Positions 46,762 through 58,233 of a stretch of 64,000 bases of DNA are shown piece by piece. Position 1 is the stretch's first letter. Each line of letters starts with the position of its first letter. The stretch is from positions 78,244,001 to 78,308,000 of the forward strand of contig NC_059435.1 of assembly GCF_021028975.2 (NCBI RefSeq), in the 5' to 3' direction. The notes under the pieces were generated by a model. The model was not told where the DNA came from. It did no database searches and worked only from the letters and a program-made list of their open reading frames with translations. Both the position numbers and the translations under genes were made by a program. This DNA comes from Sphaerodactylus townsendi. Its lineage: Eukaryota.

Positions 46762-47749
46762 GCTGCCTTCTGCTTGATCTGCATGGCTGTTGTGTCATGG
46801 TAAAGGGCTATCCTTGACAAGCAAGTATGAATTGAATGCTGGCACCTCAACTGTGAAAAGCGTCCTCCTGCAAAATGGGCGGGGTGTGTAACCAGTGTGT
46901 GTATTCAGTGTGTAATTATTCCAAAGTGAGCAGCCCTGGGGTCCCCACAGCGAACGCCTCCCTGGGGCTAATTTAGCCAGCTCAACGGGTGCCTTTCCTT
47001 CAAGTCATAAAGGACTGTTCTCTTCCCATGAAAGGTTTGACGCAAGAAAGTTCAGTGTAGAATTAACAAGACGGAGGCCGGTGTGGGGTAAACAAGCAGC
47101 CAAGAACCGCAGGAGTAAGAACTGGTTTCCATGCAGCAACATGCAAACATTTGTAAGCGCTAAAAAGCGTCCACTGGGTGGCATCAATACCTTTGTCCTG
47201 CAGGCTCTCTCCCCCTTCAGCGCCCCCCCCCCCGAAAAAAATCCTGCTTTAAAATAGGTTAGAAACTAAAGAAGTGGTGGCGCTTTTGTGACTTCTGGAA
47301 ATCATGATTTAGGGTTTTTCCACTCCAGCTGTGGCCACGTGAAGCTAGTTTGGTGAATGTTTGAAGAAGTTTAAACATACTAGCGGGTGGTCCTGCGCCC
47401 TCCAACGCTGTCGTCCCCCGGGTGGGGTGAGAAGGAGAAGGGCAGGATCTGCCAATCAAGAACTATATTCCTCCCCACCACCATCACCTCGGGTGAACTC
47501 GGCAGGGAAGTGATGAAGGCCTTTGGGGGCATTCCCGAGCCTCTGGGGGGCACCCCCACGGGTGCCCCAACATATCTGACCCCCGCCCCCGCCCCGTCCC
47601 AGCCATCTTTCCTTTCATCTCTCCAGAGTCCGTCACTGCTGTTTCCCCTTCCTTCTGCGGGGAATGGCAAGGCAAGGCAGCTCCACCCCCAGGAGAGAAG
47701 CTGGTCTGTCCAATGCATTTGGCTTCTGTGCAGCGGAGCAGGCTGCCTC

Positions 47750-48950
47750 CGGGCTAGACGAGCGGCGGCCGACCAGGGGGCTCCAGCAGCAGGCAGGGCC
47801 CGGACCCGGGGCCGCCTTCCCTCCCTCCTGACTTGCGTGGCCTCCTCCTCCTGCTGGTCACTCCCGAAGGGATGCCGGACCTCGGCCTGCTCCGACCCCC
47901 TGGGGGCCGGCCGGCCGCCTCCTTGAGGGCCAGTCCAGTCCTCTCCCTGGGGCACGTGGGAGCGTCAGGAGGGGGGCTCCCGCTGGCCTTCCCGGCAGCA
48001 TTTTTAATACGTCACTGTTTTCTGCCCGGTGTCTGCCCGCACAACCCCCTTGCAAGGCAGGACCTGTTCCCACCGGACAGTCCAGACACGGAGGCTGCGA
48101 GCGGTGCCTGCCTGGCCAGGCCACGGCGGCCCAACCACGACTGCTGGCCCCGGCGAGCGCGGCTGAAGGTCCCGAGGAGGCCCTCCAGACCACCAGCCCC
48201 GCGGCAGCCCCCTACCACCACCACCACCACCACCACCCCGGGCGCACCTGCCGGCTCCCGGCTCATCCCAGGCCGCGGGCAGGGGGGAGGGCGGCCTTGG
48301 CATCATCAGGCCCCTCCCGCGGCCGGCTCCGCCCCCGCCCCCGCCCCGCCCCCGCCCGGCTAGTGCGGCTGCTGCGGGGAGCGCGCGTTGCCAGGGCGGC
48401 CCGCCGGGCGAGGGGAGCGCGAGAGGCGGCGGCAGCAGCAGCGGCGGCGGCGACAAGGTGAGGGCGGAGGGGGCGGGCAGAGGAGGGGGAAGCGGGCCCC
48501 CCTGCGGGGAAGGGGGCCTGGGGCGGGGCGGGGCGGGGTGGGGGGCAGTCGTCGGAGGTTTCACCGCTTTCCGCGCCGGGGGCTGGGGGGCGACACTGCC
48601 TGCCCCCACCCCCTACTCGGGCTCCGCAGGCGCCGGCCGCTGCACAGTCGGGGGGGGGGAGAGGGGCGGAGCTGAAACCTCTCCTGCCGGGTTCCCCCAC
48701 CCGGGTTCAGCCCGAGACGCCGGCCGGGGGTGGGGGCGGGGGGCAGCTCCCACCCACCCCCTTTGGCACCGCACTCTGCCCCCAGGGCCTCCAAACCGCT
48801 GGGACCGTCAGTCGCGCGCCTTTTTCGAGGGGGGGATCGGGCCGCAGGGGAGGGGAGGCAGGGACCCCTCACCCTTTCCCGCCTGCGCAGACCTGGACGA
48901 GCATTTCCGCTGCCAGAAGATCCCGCCTCCCCCCCCTCCCCCGCCATGCA
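47750..48950. promoter_or_regulatory. CpG island / LRRC61 promoter with non-coding first exon (donor at 48457)
   Basis: Dense CpG, tandem GC boxes at 48328-48356, X-box-like GTTGCCAGGGCGGC at 48387-48400, AAG|gtgagg donor; acceptor cttccag| at 49363. Confidence 0.75.
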
Positions 48951-49465
48951 TCCCCCGCACAGGGAATGGGGGGGGGGATGTCTCAGGGGCAAATTCTCTC
49001 CTTGGCCTGCAGAAGGTCACTCCCCTGCAGGCAGCATCTCCAGCCCAGAGGACCCGGCTGCAGGTGGCCCGCCAGGCGCTGGGGAGCGGCTGGTGCCCTT
49101 CTGAGTCCGCAGGAGGAGGCAGCTTCACCCTGTTGCTGCTCCTGGGGGAGGGGTCCTGGCTCCGCCTGCCCCCGGGTGGAACCCTGTGGGTGCTGGGCAA
49201 GATCCCAGCTGGAGGCCCCAAAGAACCGTTGCCCGTTTCTGGCTGTGATGGGGCAAAAGTTCTGATCCATGAGACCAAACACAGGGCCCGTCCACGCTTG
49301 CTCTGCTCCTGGTTGCTCCTCCCTGGCCGGGCCCTGATCCTGCTGCCTTCTCCTCTCTTCCAGGAGCTCCTGTGATCTGCGCCCACTTTCCTCTTCACCC
49401 GGCAGCCCTGAGATGAGCCGGCTTTTGCAGGGCTGAGCCGTGCCAGACCCCCCTCCTTGCCCAGA

Positions 49466-50263
49466 ATGGAAGCCCGGGGGGAGAAAGCGGAGGAGGCCGC
49501 CGAGGCGCTGCGGATCACGGCCCAGCTGCTGAAGGCCAAGACGGGCGAGTTTGACCTGGAGTCCATCTTGCTGCTGAAGCTGCGGGGCCTGGGCCTCTCG
49601 GACCTGGGCTGTGTGGGCGAGTGCGCAAACCTGGAGTGGCTGGACCTCTCCGGCAACGCCATCACCCACCTGGGCCCGCTGGCCTCCCTGAAGGTCCTTG
49701 CCGTCCTCAACATCTCCGCCAACCGCGTGGCCACCTTGGAGCCGCTGGCCGGCTGCGAGAGCCTGCAGAGCCTCAACGCGGCCGGCAACCTCTTGAGCGG
49801 CTTCCAGCAGCTGCAGGGCCTGGCGGGGTTGCGGCACCTGGAGAGCGTGCGCCTCTGCAGCCCCGCAGGCTGCCTCAGCAACCCCCTCTGCGCCTCCCCC
49901 GGCTACCGCTCCACCATGGCCGAGATGTTCCCCGGCGTCAAGGTGATCGACGGTGAGAGGGTCTCGGGGCGGGGCAGCGAGCTCTACCGGCTGTGCCAGG
50001 ACCTCGACAGCTCCCTCAAGCGCTTCCCCGGCAGTGGCGGGGCCGGGGTCCTGGAGCTCGTGGGCTCGGCCAAACCCTGGGTGGCAGACGGCTACTGGGA
50101 CCTCCGCCCCACTCGCCGCAGCTCCATCATGGAAGAGGCCTACAGGCAGTTCAGCGAGGCCCTCCAGGAGTGCAGGGAGCTCAGCAAGCGAGCCGACGAC
50201 ACCATCACCCAGGCCGAGCGGGCCCTGAACATCCGCCCAGACTCCAGCTCCTACGTCTTTTGA
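49466..50263 (+). CDS. LRRC61: Leucine-rich repeat-containing protein 61 (single coding exon, 265 aa)
   Basis: ITAQLLKAKTGEFDLESILLLKLRGLGL...LSNPLC...KVIDGERV...SSYVF matches LRRC61; ATG at 49466 in AGAATGG context. Confidence 0.95.
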   Translation: MEARGEKAEEAAEALRITAQLLKAKTGEFDLESILLLKLRGLGLSDLGCVGECANLEWLDLSGNAITHLGPLASLKVLAVLNISANRVATLEPLAGCESLQSLNAAGNLLSGFQQLQGLAGLRHLESVRLCSPAGCLSNPLCASPGYRSTMAEMFPGVKVIDGERVSGRGSELYRLCQDLDSSLKRFPGSGGAGVLELVGSAKPWVADGYWDLRPTRRSSIMEEAYRQFSEALQECRELSKRADDTITQAERALNIRPDSSSYVF

Positions 50264-50430
50264 GTGGGCCTGGGCCCCAAGACCCTCCCCTGGGCACTGG
50301 CCAGCTGGGCCCGATCCCTGAAGCCCTTGCTGATCTCCCGGGGCGCCGCTGGATCCTTCTGAGGTGCCTCAAAGCCCCGGCCCCTGCTCCTTCCTGTATC
50401 CCCTCCAGTTCCCTTCACATTACGCTAGAG

Positions 50431-50547
50431 CCGGGGTGTCCAACTCTGGCCCTCCAGGTGTTCATGGACTACGATTCCAATTGGCCATTCTGGCAGGGAC
50501 TGATAGGAATCGTAGTCCATGAACATCTGGGGTGCCAGACACCCCTG
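50431..50547. mobile_element. Palindromic hAT MITE in LRRC61 3'UTR
   Basis: TGTTCATGGACTACGATTCC ... GGAATCGTAGTCCATGAACA. Confidence 0.75.
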
Positions 50548-51464
50548 GAGGTGTCTGGCAGGAGGGATCCATCCGACTTGATTCCCTGGGAACCCGAGCA
50601 AACGGGCTGCTGGGATCCTGGGTGGGTTTTGTTGAGGCCCCACTGCCAGGGCCTTTGGGAGGGGAGCTGGCACACCTGAGCCACTCCAAAAAGATTTGAC
50701 CTTTGCCAGGACGGTGTGGCCACCGGTCTCCACCCCGGGGCCCTGGGCTGAGACCATCAACTCCTATGAGGAGGCTCTCTGATCTCAAGGGCTGGGGACA
50801 TGGGGCACTTCCTCATGAGTGACCCCATCAAAGCCTGTCACCTGGGTTGATTCTCACAGCCCCTTTTCCATGCGGCAAATCCAGGCAGGTCACGCTTAGG
50901 AGAGCCGGCCCCTCAATTCTCTTGACATGCGCAAGACCACAAGGGGCCCTGTTCTGGCAGGTGGTTGACTACTCTTGTCGGGGCTGCCATGATGACTTCA
51001 CCTCCTCTGGCAGCCATCAGGGACAACTGCACACAAATGGTTGTGCGAATTGGAGCATGGATGTAACGGGATGGGCCAGCCAGCCAGAGCCACCCTTCCC
51101 TGCCCTGGGATGCCGGCCGGTTGGCACTGGAGAGGCTGCCCTTTGGTGGCTTCAACCCTGCCTGGCCTCTCCGCACCAACGGGCAGAACTGACTTCGATG
51201 CTCCCACTGCCTTTGCCTGGTTGCTGTACATTGGGGCCCTGTGGGATCCTCCCAGAGGCCCATCAAATTCTGACCCAGACAGACAGACCCAGTGCAGGAA
51301 GGCTTTCTTCCCTGCTGCCCCCCGCTGGCCCTTGCCACCCTAGCCTGGCACCCAGGTCAAAGGGAGCTCCCTCACCCTTGGGAGGATCCTGTGCCCGAGT
51401 GTCCCCATTTCCCATCTGCCTGTGGCTTTATGGCCAAAGTGTGGCTGCTCCAACGGGGACTCTA

Positions 51465-51602
51465 GGCGAACCTTTGGCACTCCAGATGTTAAGGACTACA
51501 ATTCCCATCCGCCCCTGCCAGCATGACCAATTGGCCATACTGGCAGGGGCTGATGGGAATTGTGGTCCATTACATATGGAGTGCCAAAGGTTCGCCACCA
51601 CA
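51465..51602. mobile_element. Palindromic hAT MITE in LRRC61 3'UTR
   Basis: GGCGAACCTTTGGCACTCCA ... TGGAGTGCCAAAGGTTCGCC. Confidence 0.82.
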
Positions 51603-51864
51603 TCTCTAGGATGATGACTGGAGGGCAGCAGCTGCCCCCACGGGGGAGTGGGTCTGGGTGGGAGGTGCCAGTGAGATCAAGGAAGGTGAGCCCAGAGTGC
51701 CCTCAGGTGGGTACACAGCGGGTGAGGGTGGGCAGGACTGCCCCGTGAGGCTCTGGAGAAGCCTCTGGTGCTTTGAGCTTGGAAGGATTGGGGCTCTAGA
51801 GTTTTTGGGGGGAGGGAGTGGGCTCTGCACCCCCTGCTCCAGCACTGTTCAAGTTTTCCTGTGA

Positions 51865-51870
51865 AATAAA
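51865..51870 (+). terminator. Candidate polyadenylation signal of LRRC61
   Basis: First AATAAA I found after the stop, with GT/T-rich sequence downstream. Confidence 0.55.
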
Positions 51871-52157
51871 TGGGATGTTTTCCAGCCCCCACGCTTGGTG
51901 CCTTTGCCTTCCTGCCTTGATCTCCGCCTCTTTCCTGCTGTCTCTGGGATCTGGGCGAGGCTGGAGAAGGTCCAGTGGAGCCTCCTAGAATGCAGAGCGC
52001 CTCCACCCGCCCGCTCAGCCAGGAAGCTGCTCAGCCCCCCTCGTCCTTCCCAAAGCACAGGCAGCAGCTCCTGTTCTGAGACGAGTGTTGCCTCGTCTGT
52101 TTCTGCCGTCCCTCGGCAGAGCAGACAGCCGGCCCAGGAGTCTGCTCTGCAGGGCCC

Positions 52158-52995
52158 AACATAAGAACTAGCCTGATCAGACCAAAGTCCATCTAGTCCA
52201 GCACTCTGCTACTCGCAGTGGCCCACCAGGTGCCTTTGGGAGCTCACGTGCAGGATGTGAAAGCAATGGCCTTCTGCTGCTGCTGCTCCTGAGCACCTGG
52301 TCTGCTGAGGCATTTGCAACCTCAGATCAAGGAGGATCAAGATTGGTAGCCATAGATCGACTTCTCCTCCATAAATCTGTCCAAGCCCTTTTTAAAGCTA
52401 TCCAGGTTAGTGGCCATCACCACCTCCTGTGGCAGCATGTTCCAAACACCAATCACCTGTTGCGTGAAGAAGTGTTTCCTTTTATTAGTCCTAATTCTTC
52501 CCCCCAGCATTTCCAATGAATGCCCCCTGGTTCTAGTATTGTGAGAAAGAGAGAAAAAATTTCTCTCTGTCAACATTTTCTACCCCATGCATACTCTTAT
52601 AAACTTCAATCCTATCCCCCCCTCAGTCAGCCTTCCAAACTAAAGAGTCCCAAACGCTGCAGCTTCCTCGCAAGGAAGGTGCTCCAGTCCCTCAATCATC
52701 CTCGTTCTCTGCACTTTTTCTATCTCTTCATATCCTTTTTTGAGATGTGGCACCAAAACTGAACACAGGACTCAAGCGTTTCCATATAAGGGCATGACAA
52801 TCTTTGCATGACAATCTATTATCAACTCCTTTCCTAATTATCCCCAGCATAGAGTTTGCCTTTTTCACAGCTGCCATGCATTGAGTTGACATTCCCATGG
52901 AACTATCAACCAAGACGCCCAAATCCCTTTCCTGGTCTGTGACTGATAGCATTGACCCTTGTAGCGTGTATGTGAAGTTTGGATTTTTTGCCCCT
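52158..52995 (-). mobile_element. CR1 LINE 3' fragment between LRRC61 and RARRES2
   Basis: ERDLGVLVD...KKANSMLGII; TRGHSLEMLGGRIRT. Confidence 0.88.
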
Positions 52996-53094
52996 TTTTT
53001 GGCCCTGAGTGCTTCAGGAGCAGAACTGCCTGAGTGGGCAGACACACAAGACCCCAGTCCCATTTGAAGAAACCAGGCCTCCGGCAGGTGAAGC

Positions 53095-53387
53095 CTCTGC
53101 TGGCATCTTTATTGTGGGAGTAAATAGAGATCAAAGGTCAGGCAGAGAAAATGGCAGGCTCTTCTGGGGCTTGGTGGTCCTGTTGCTGTGGGGGCCGAGC
53201 TCCCCCCGGATGGTGGTCACTCTGCTGGGCTGCTGCTGCCTTCCTTGGTTGGAGGTCATGGAGGGTCTGCTCACTGTGGGGAGAAGAAGCGAGCAGAGAG
53301 GGTTCCGGCTGGATCTGGGCCATCTAGCAGGCCTGGACTCTGTTGACTTTTCCACATGGTCCCATCCAGACAGTGATCAGTCCGGGC
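53095..53387 (-). other. RARRES2: RARRES2 non-coding terminal 3'UTR exon with AATAAA (53108-53113)
   Basis: Donor at 53814, 14 nt after the stop; acceptor ttttccttcccag| at 53387; polyA signal on the minus strand. Confidence 0.65.
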
Positions 53388-53827
53388 CTGGGAAGGAAAA
53401 TGACCGGAGCAGCGCACAGCAGGAGGCTGAGAAAATGGAATGGGTCCTGGGTGCCACCCCTCCTCTGTGTCTGCTTGACCCTTCCCCCCCCCCCCCCAAA
53501 AAAGCCCTACCAGCTGATGGGCAGCCCAACTAGCAAAATGTCCCTGGGGAAAAGTCCATCTGAGCAGACGCCGCCCCCTGCAGCAGAGTTTCCTGCCCAA
53601 GAGACCCGCTTGGCCTCAGTGTGCCTTCCTGCCATTCAGTGTGGCCCATCTCTGGGCAGCACCACACCCGGTGACGGAGCCCTGCCAGGCCTTAGCCATG
53701 CTGAGCCCCACAACCCCCCGCCCCCCCAGCACTGGCCCAGGGGTATCACCCCCTCCCCCAGCGCTCTTCCTACAGGGAAAAGGACCGTGACTCCTCCCCA
53801 GCAGAGCACTCACCAGAGGCAGCCCCC

Positions 53828-53941
53828 TCAGTCAGCCCACTCCGGGAGCCCCTTGGAGAAGGCAAACACGCCGGGCCGGTAATGCTCTTCTCCCACCAGC
53901 TTCACCTGGCCACAGTCCTGGGCCTGCTTCTTCTTCACTTG
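53828..53941 (-). CDS. RARRES2: Chemerin coding exon 4 (agonist peptide and stop)
   Basis: QVKKKQAQDCGQVKLVGEEHYRPGVFAFSKGLPEWAD*; translated by hand; six mature-domain Cys across exons 2-4. Confidence 0.93.
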   Translation of the reverse strand, partial: QVKKKQAQDCGQVKLVGEEHYRPGVFAFSKGLPEWAD

Positions 53942-54267
53942 CTGTGGGGCAACCAAAAGGGTGGGGTAGGGGAGCCCTGAGCCAAACTGGCAAGGAGTTC
54001 AGGCCTGCCTGGCCCCCTGCTGGGGGTGGCTGTGCCCGCTCGCTCGCTCGGCCTCCCTGCTCAGGGGGGCTCCAGCGAAGACTTCTTTGCACCCCCAGGC
54101 TCTGCTTACGGGGAGAACCCAGCAGGGGAGGGCAGCCACTTTTTAACAGAACCCTTTCAATCCATATTTTCGAAAGCTGCAGCTGCAGCCCCCCTCCCCC
54201 CCCCGCTTCTGCCCCAACAGTTCTGTCTGTTGAAACACGTCGCCTGTCTTTTCTGAAGGCTCATGGT

Positions 54268-54458
54268 CAGTGGTGGGATCCAAAAATGTTAATAACAGGT
54301 TCCGATGGTGGTGGGATTCAAACAGTGGCGCCGCCGCACACACGCCCCTCCAGTCCCCGTTGGGCAGGGAGGTTGCTTTAGTCACCCCTTCTTGGCACTC
54401 AGAAAAATTAGTAACCACTTCTAGAGAAGTGGTGAGAACTGGTTGGATCTCACCTCTG
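54268..54458. mobile_element. hAT non-autonomous element (short form)
   Basis: TSD CTCATGGT/CTCAAGGT (7 of 8). Confidence 0.82.
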
Positions 54459-54898
54459 CTCAAGGTGGAAACTGCTCTTAAGAGAGCTGCTCCTTTCGTC
54501 ACAGTCAAAGATGCATAAAGGCTTGAGGAAGGGAGGGGGGAGATGAAAACCTTTGGAAATATCAGGGGGGTTCCTCCTCCCCCACACCCCAGCCTTCTCT
54601 TTCTCTCAGTGTGAGGGAAGGGTCGTTTAGGGGGTGCACGCGGTGGCTTTTTTGTTGCTGGGGGCCAGGGGAGGGGGAGGACTGATCCTGCTGGGGCTCA
54701 GCTCGGACCTGACATGTCGTAATAGCCACCGTCTCCAAGCAGGCAGAACACAATTCCCCGCACCCAGCGACCTGCTGCCTCCCGTGCCCCAAAGCCTTCT
54801 AGCTGCCTCCCGTCCTCCTCCCTTTGGCCCTGACCGTGAAGTGTGGAGGCAGGCCAGCCAGATGGGCCAGGCCAAGGGGAGGGGAGGGAAAGGCCCAC

Positions 54899-54997
54899 CT
54901 GGAACATCGGAGCTTGCTGCGACAGGCACCGCATGGATTTGTCCAACACATTTTCACTGGCGTCAAATTTGAAGCAAGCCAGACACCTCTGCTTCCT
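54899..54997 (-). CDS. RARRES2: Chemerin coding exon 3
   Basis: RKQRCLACFKFD...MRCL; AG/GT. Confidence 0.92.
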
Positions 54998-56140
54998 CTG
55001 AGCACAGAAAGAAAGCAAGAGAAGACAAGGGTGAGGGCAGAAGCACCCGCTGGGCAGCCCTGCATGTTCAGCCTGTAGCATCTCCCATGCCAAAGGTTGC
55101 TGTGGCTGAGGAAGGCCCTTCATAAGAACATAAGAACAAGCCAGCTGGATCAGACCAGAGTCCATCTAGTCCAGCTCTCTGCTACTCGCAGTGGCCCACC
55201 AGGTGCCTTTGGGAGCTCACGTGCAAGAGGTGAAAGCAACGGCCTGCTGCTGCTGCTGCTCCTGAGCACCTGGTCTGCTAAGGCATTTGCAATCTCAGAT
55301 CAAGGAAGATCTCTGCCCAAGGATCTTCTCTGCCCAAGACACTTCCGGGCTGCCTCCAGTATGGTTCAGTATAAGGAGGCTTCGTAGGCAGCCATTTGCA
55401 CAATAAATGACTTCATACAGTTTGGCGTTTTCCAGGCTGGTGAGATAAGCAAAGCTCCAAAGGGGGCAATGAACAGTGCTAGAAATACCCCAGGGGACAC
55501 GGGGTGCCTCTCCCCCCACCACAGGGTTACGCTCACGGCAGAGAGGTGGCTGAACCACATGACATATCTGGGTTCCAGACGTGAAAGCATTTGGGTGTGT
55601 GATACCATAAGAAATAGTGCATCTGGGTCCCATAGATTTGTGCCGCTAATGGTGCCATTCTCCCCTTTGTTTATTCCATCCTGGGGAATCCGGAGCTAGT
55701 CCCTGGCAAGGCCTTCGGGAGGTTAGGAAACAGCTCTGCTTTCACTGGATCGTTTGGTCCAATGAGATATTCATTCAGGTGGGATCTTTGCCAGTTGCCA
55801 GGGGAGAACGGTTCGTCCTGCTGTGGCCAGCCCTGGGGAAGTCCTGCTCTGGTTGCCAGAAGTCTGGGGACTTGGAACAGGCTCCACGAACCGCCAGGAT
55901 CAGATTAACACCCAGGACCCTCGTCCCAGCTGGCGGCTCCTGGCGTCCGAGGAAAGGGCCGTTGTCAGTAGCCAGTGTGGGATTAGGGCGCACTCCAGAA
56001 AGAAGAATCTCTCAGATATCGCGGGGCCCTGGGTCTATTATGTGGCCAAAGAAGACCATCATATTTAAAAGAAATCTGGCCCTACCAGTGACCGAGAGGG
56101 CAGCCTGAAGGGCATTTCGGGAGGGTGTGTTCTGGCTCAC

Positions 56141-56242
56141 CCCGCCTGCTTTGATCTGGCAGTTCGGTATCCTTGGCTGCGATTTCCTGCAGAGAGTTTG
56201 AATGAGATCGACTTCCAGGTCCACGAAGGTCCCCATCGGGAG
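56141..56242 (-). CDS. RARRES2: Chemerin coding exon 2
   Basis: LPMGTFVDLEVDLIQTLCRK...NCQIKAGG; AG/GT. Confidence 0.92.
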
Positions 56243-56504
56243 CTGCAGCAACCAAACAGAACAGAGTCAGCGCCACCAGGTGTCCCTTCCCAGCCAAGGG
56301 GTCACGGGATGAGCCTACCTGCGGGGAAGCTCTGAGAAACTCAGGGAGGCCATTGTGGTTCCTGCCCTGTGAGCACTTCCAGGCCCCTCCCTCCCTGTCA
56401 GGGAGGTAGAGTTGCCAGACGCAGGCTGGGAAACTCATGGAAATTTGGGGATGTAGCCTGGGGAGGATGGGGGGCTCAGTGGGCTCAGAGCCCACCCTCT
56501 AATG

Positions 56505-57015
56505 CAGTGGTGGCGAACCTATGGCACGGGTGCCAGAGGTAGCACTCAGAGCCCCCTCTGTGGGCACGCACAAACAGAGTGCCCCCCCCCCCCAATCTAG
56601 GCCGGCCTGGGCCACTGGGCTCGATTATTAGCATTAAACCTAAGACCTAGTTTTCGGGAAGCAGTGTAGGTAATCCTGTTAAAAGCTGTTAAACCCCACT
56701 GATTTTCATGCGAAGAACTAAAGTGCAATCCTTTACCTCAGAGCAAGCTCAGTTGCTGGCAATGGGGCTTGCTTCTGAATGAACCCTGCTAGGGTCGTGA
56801 TTCACCCATTGGAAGAGTTGCTTGGTTGCTTCAAAGCAAAGCCACCAACTACCACCAAGCTTACTCCTGAGTAACGCACGCCTCGGAGCCAACCGTTTTT
56901 TCTAAACTAAAACCTCAGTATTCAGATTAAATTGCTGTGTTGGCACTTTGCGATACATAAGCGGGTTTGGGGTTGCAATTTGGGCACTCGGTCTTGAAAA
57001 GGTTCGCCATCACTG
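56505..57015. mobile_element. hAT non-autonomous element (TIR CAGTGRTGGCGAACCT)
   Basis: 16-bp TIRs, TSD CTCTAATG/CTTTAAAG (6 of 8); splits an older TAGGGTTGCC-type repeat. Confidence 0.82.
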
Positions 57016-57354
57016 CTTTAAAGCAACCGATCTGTGCAGTCTGGACATGAGCTATAATTCCAGGGGCCACCTGGAGGCTGGCATCCCTAATTCCCACTGG
57101 AGAGTTCTCCGGAATCATGCTGCAATCGAGCCTCAGGCTCCATGGCTGGTGCAGAGGCTGATCTAGCCAGCTACAGACTCCACCAACAGTGGAAACCCTC
57201 TAGCTTCTAGGGCCGAACAACAGCAAACTGTAACCCCCCACCCACCCCCCATGTGTCGCTCTCTGCAGGGGGATCATGCCAGAGAACCACTTCCAAAATA
57301 GCCATTTTCTTCAGGAGACCAGTTCTAATTCTGGCAGATCCGAGGTCCCACCTG

Positions 57355-57858
57355 GAGGCTAAGCAATGCCACTCTGCTCCGTGTAGCTTTTCGGCTCACA
57401 AGAACCAAATGAGTTTCAAGAATTTCTCAGTCCTAACATAACTGAATTTTCTATTTTTCACCGATAGGTTACTGAAGTCAAGAGTGAAATAAAGAAGACT
57501 GTCACAATATTCTCATAAATATTCCATTTAAACCGTTTTGTGCCTATTTCTTATGTAACAGTACTTCAAAAATCAAATATCCCAAAAATCGACATTTCAC
57601 ATGTGCGAATATATGCCTCTTCCATTCAACCATGCCTCGCAGATGCAAGAGTTACTTAAGAAATAAGAACAAAAAGGTTTAAATTTAATATTTATGAGAA
57701 TATTGTGACAGTCATCTTGATTGCACTGTTGACTTTCAGTAAACCTATTGGTGAAGAAAAGAAAATTCAGTTATGTTAGGACTAAGAAATTCTTTAAACT
57801 CATTTGGTTCTTGTGAGATGAGAAACCAATTTGGTGCAGAGTGGCATGGCTTTGCCTT
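57355..57858. repeat. AT-rich foldback, about 200-bp arms and 90-bp spacer
   Basis: CTCACAAGAACCAAATGAGTTT..TCCTAACATAACTGAATTTTC..CTGTCACAATATTCTCATAAATATT mirrored on the right arm. Confidence 0.88.
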
Positions 57859-58068
57859 TTTTGTGCCCAGGCCCATTTTTTGTTTGTTTGTTATGGTGGA
57901 CCCACCTGGAGATTGGCAACCCTACACAGTCCAAGACAACCCGGGGTGGGCAGCACTAACTGCAGACCCAGCAGGGCAGACAGACAGGCCTCTGGGCTTC
58001 TCTCCCCAACCGGTGCCGCTTTCGTTAGGAGGGCTTTTGAGGTGACACCCGCAGGGGTGCCCACTCAC

Positions 58069-58233
58069 CGTTTCCATGCGCTCAGCCATCAATTGCTGCT
58101 TAAAAAAAAATTGGACGTGGCTCTTGTTATGGTACTCATCCAGCACCATCTGCAGCGCCCTGGTCTGCAGGGGCGAGGGGGTTGTGCCGGCCAAGGCCAG
58201 AAGGCCCCAGCAGAGCACCAGCAGCTGCTTCAT
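58069..58233 (-). CDS. RARRES2: Chemerin coding exon 1 (signal peptide)
   Basis: MKQLLVLCWGLLALAG...LQMVLDEYHNKSHVQFFF; ACG|gtgag donor. Confidence 0.9.

Noticed and set aside
47380-49881. Several 150-357 aa ORFs
   Set aside because: Low-complexity Gly/Pro/Arg/Ala frames of a CpG island, or antisense to LRRC61; no recognisable domain.
50847-51614. 255-aa ORF as a ZBED6CL-like gene between LRRC61 and RARRES2
   Set aside because: Non-ATG start, no transposase-like motifs, runs into a MITE; more likely LRRC61 3'UTR.
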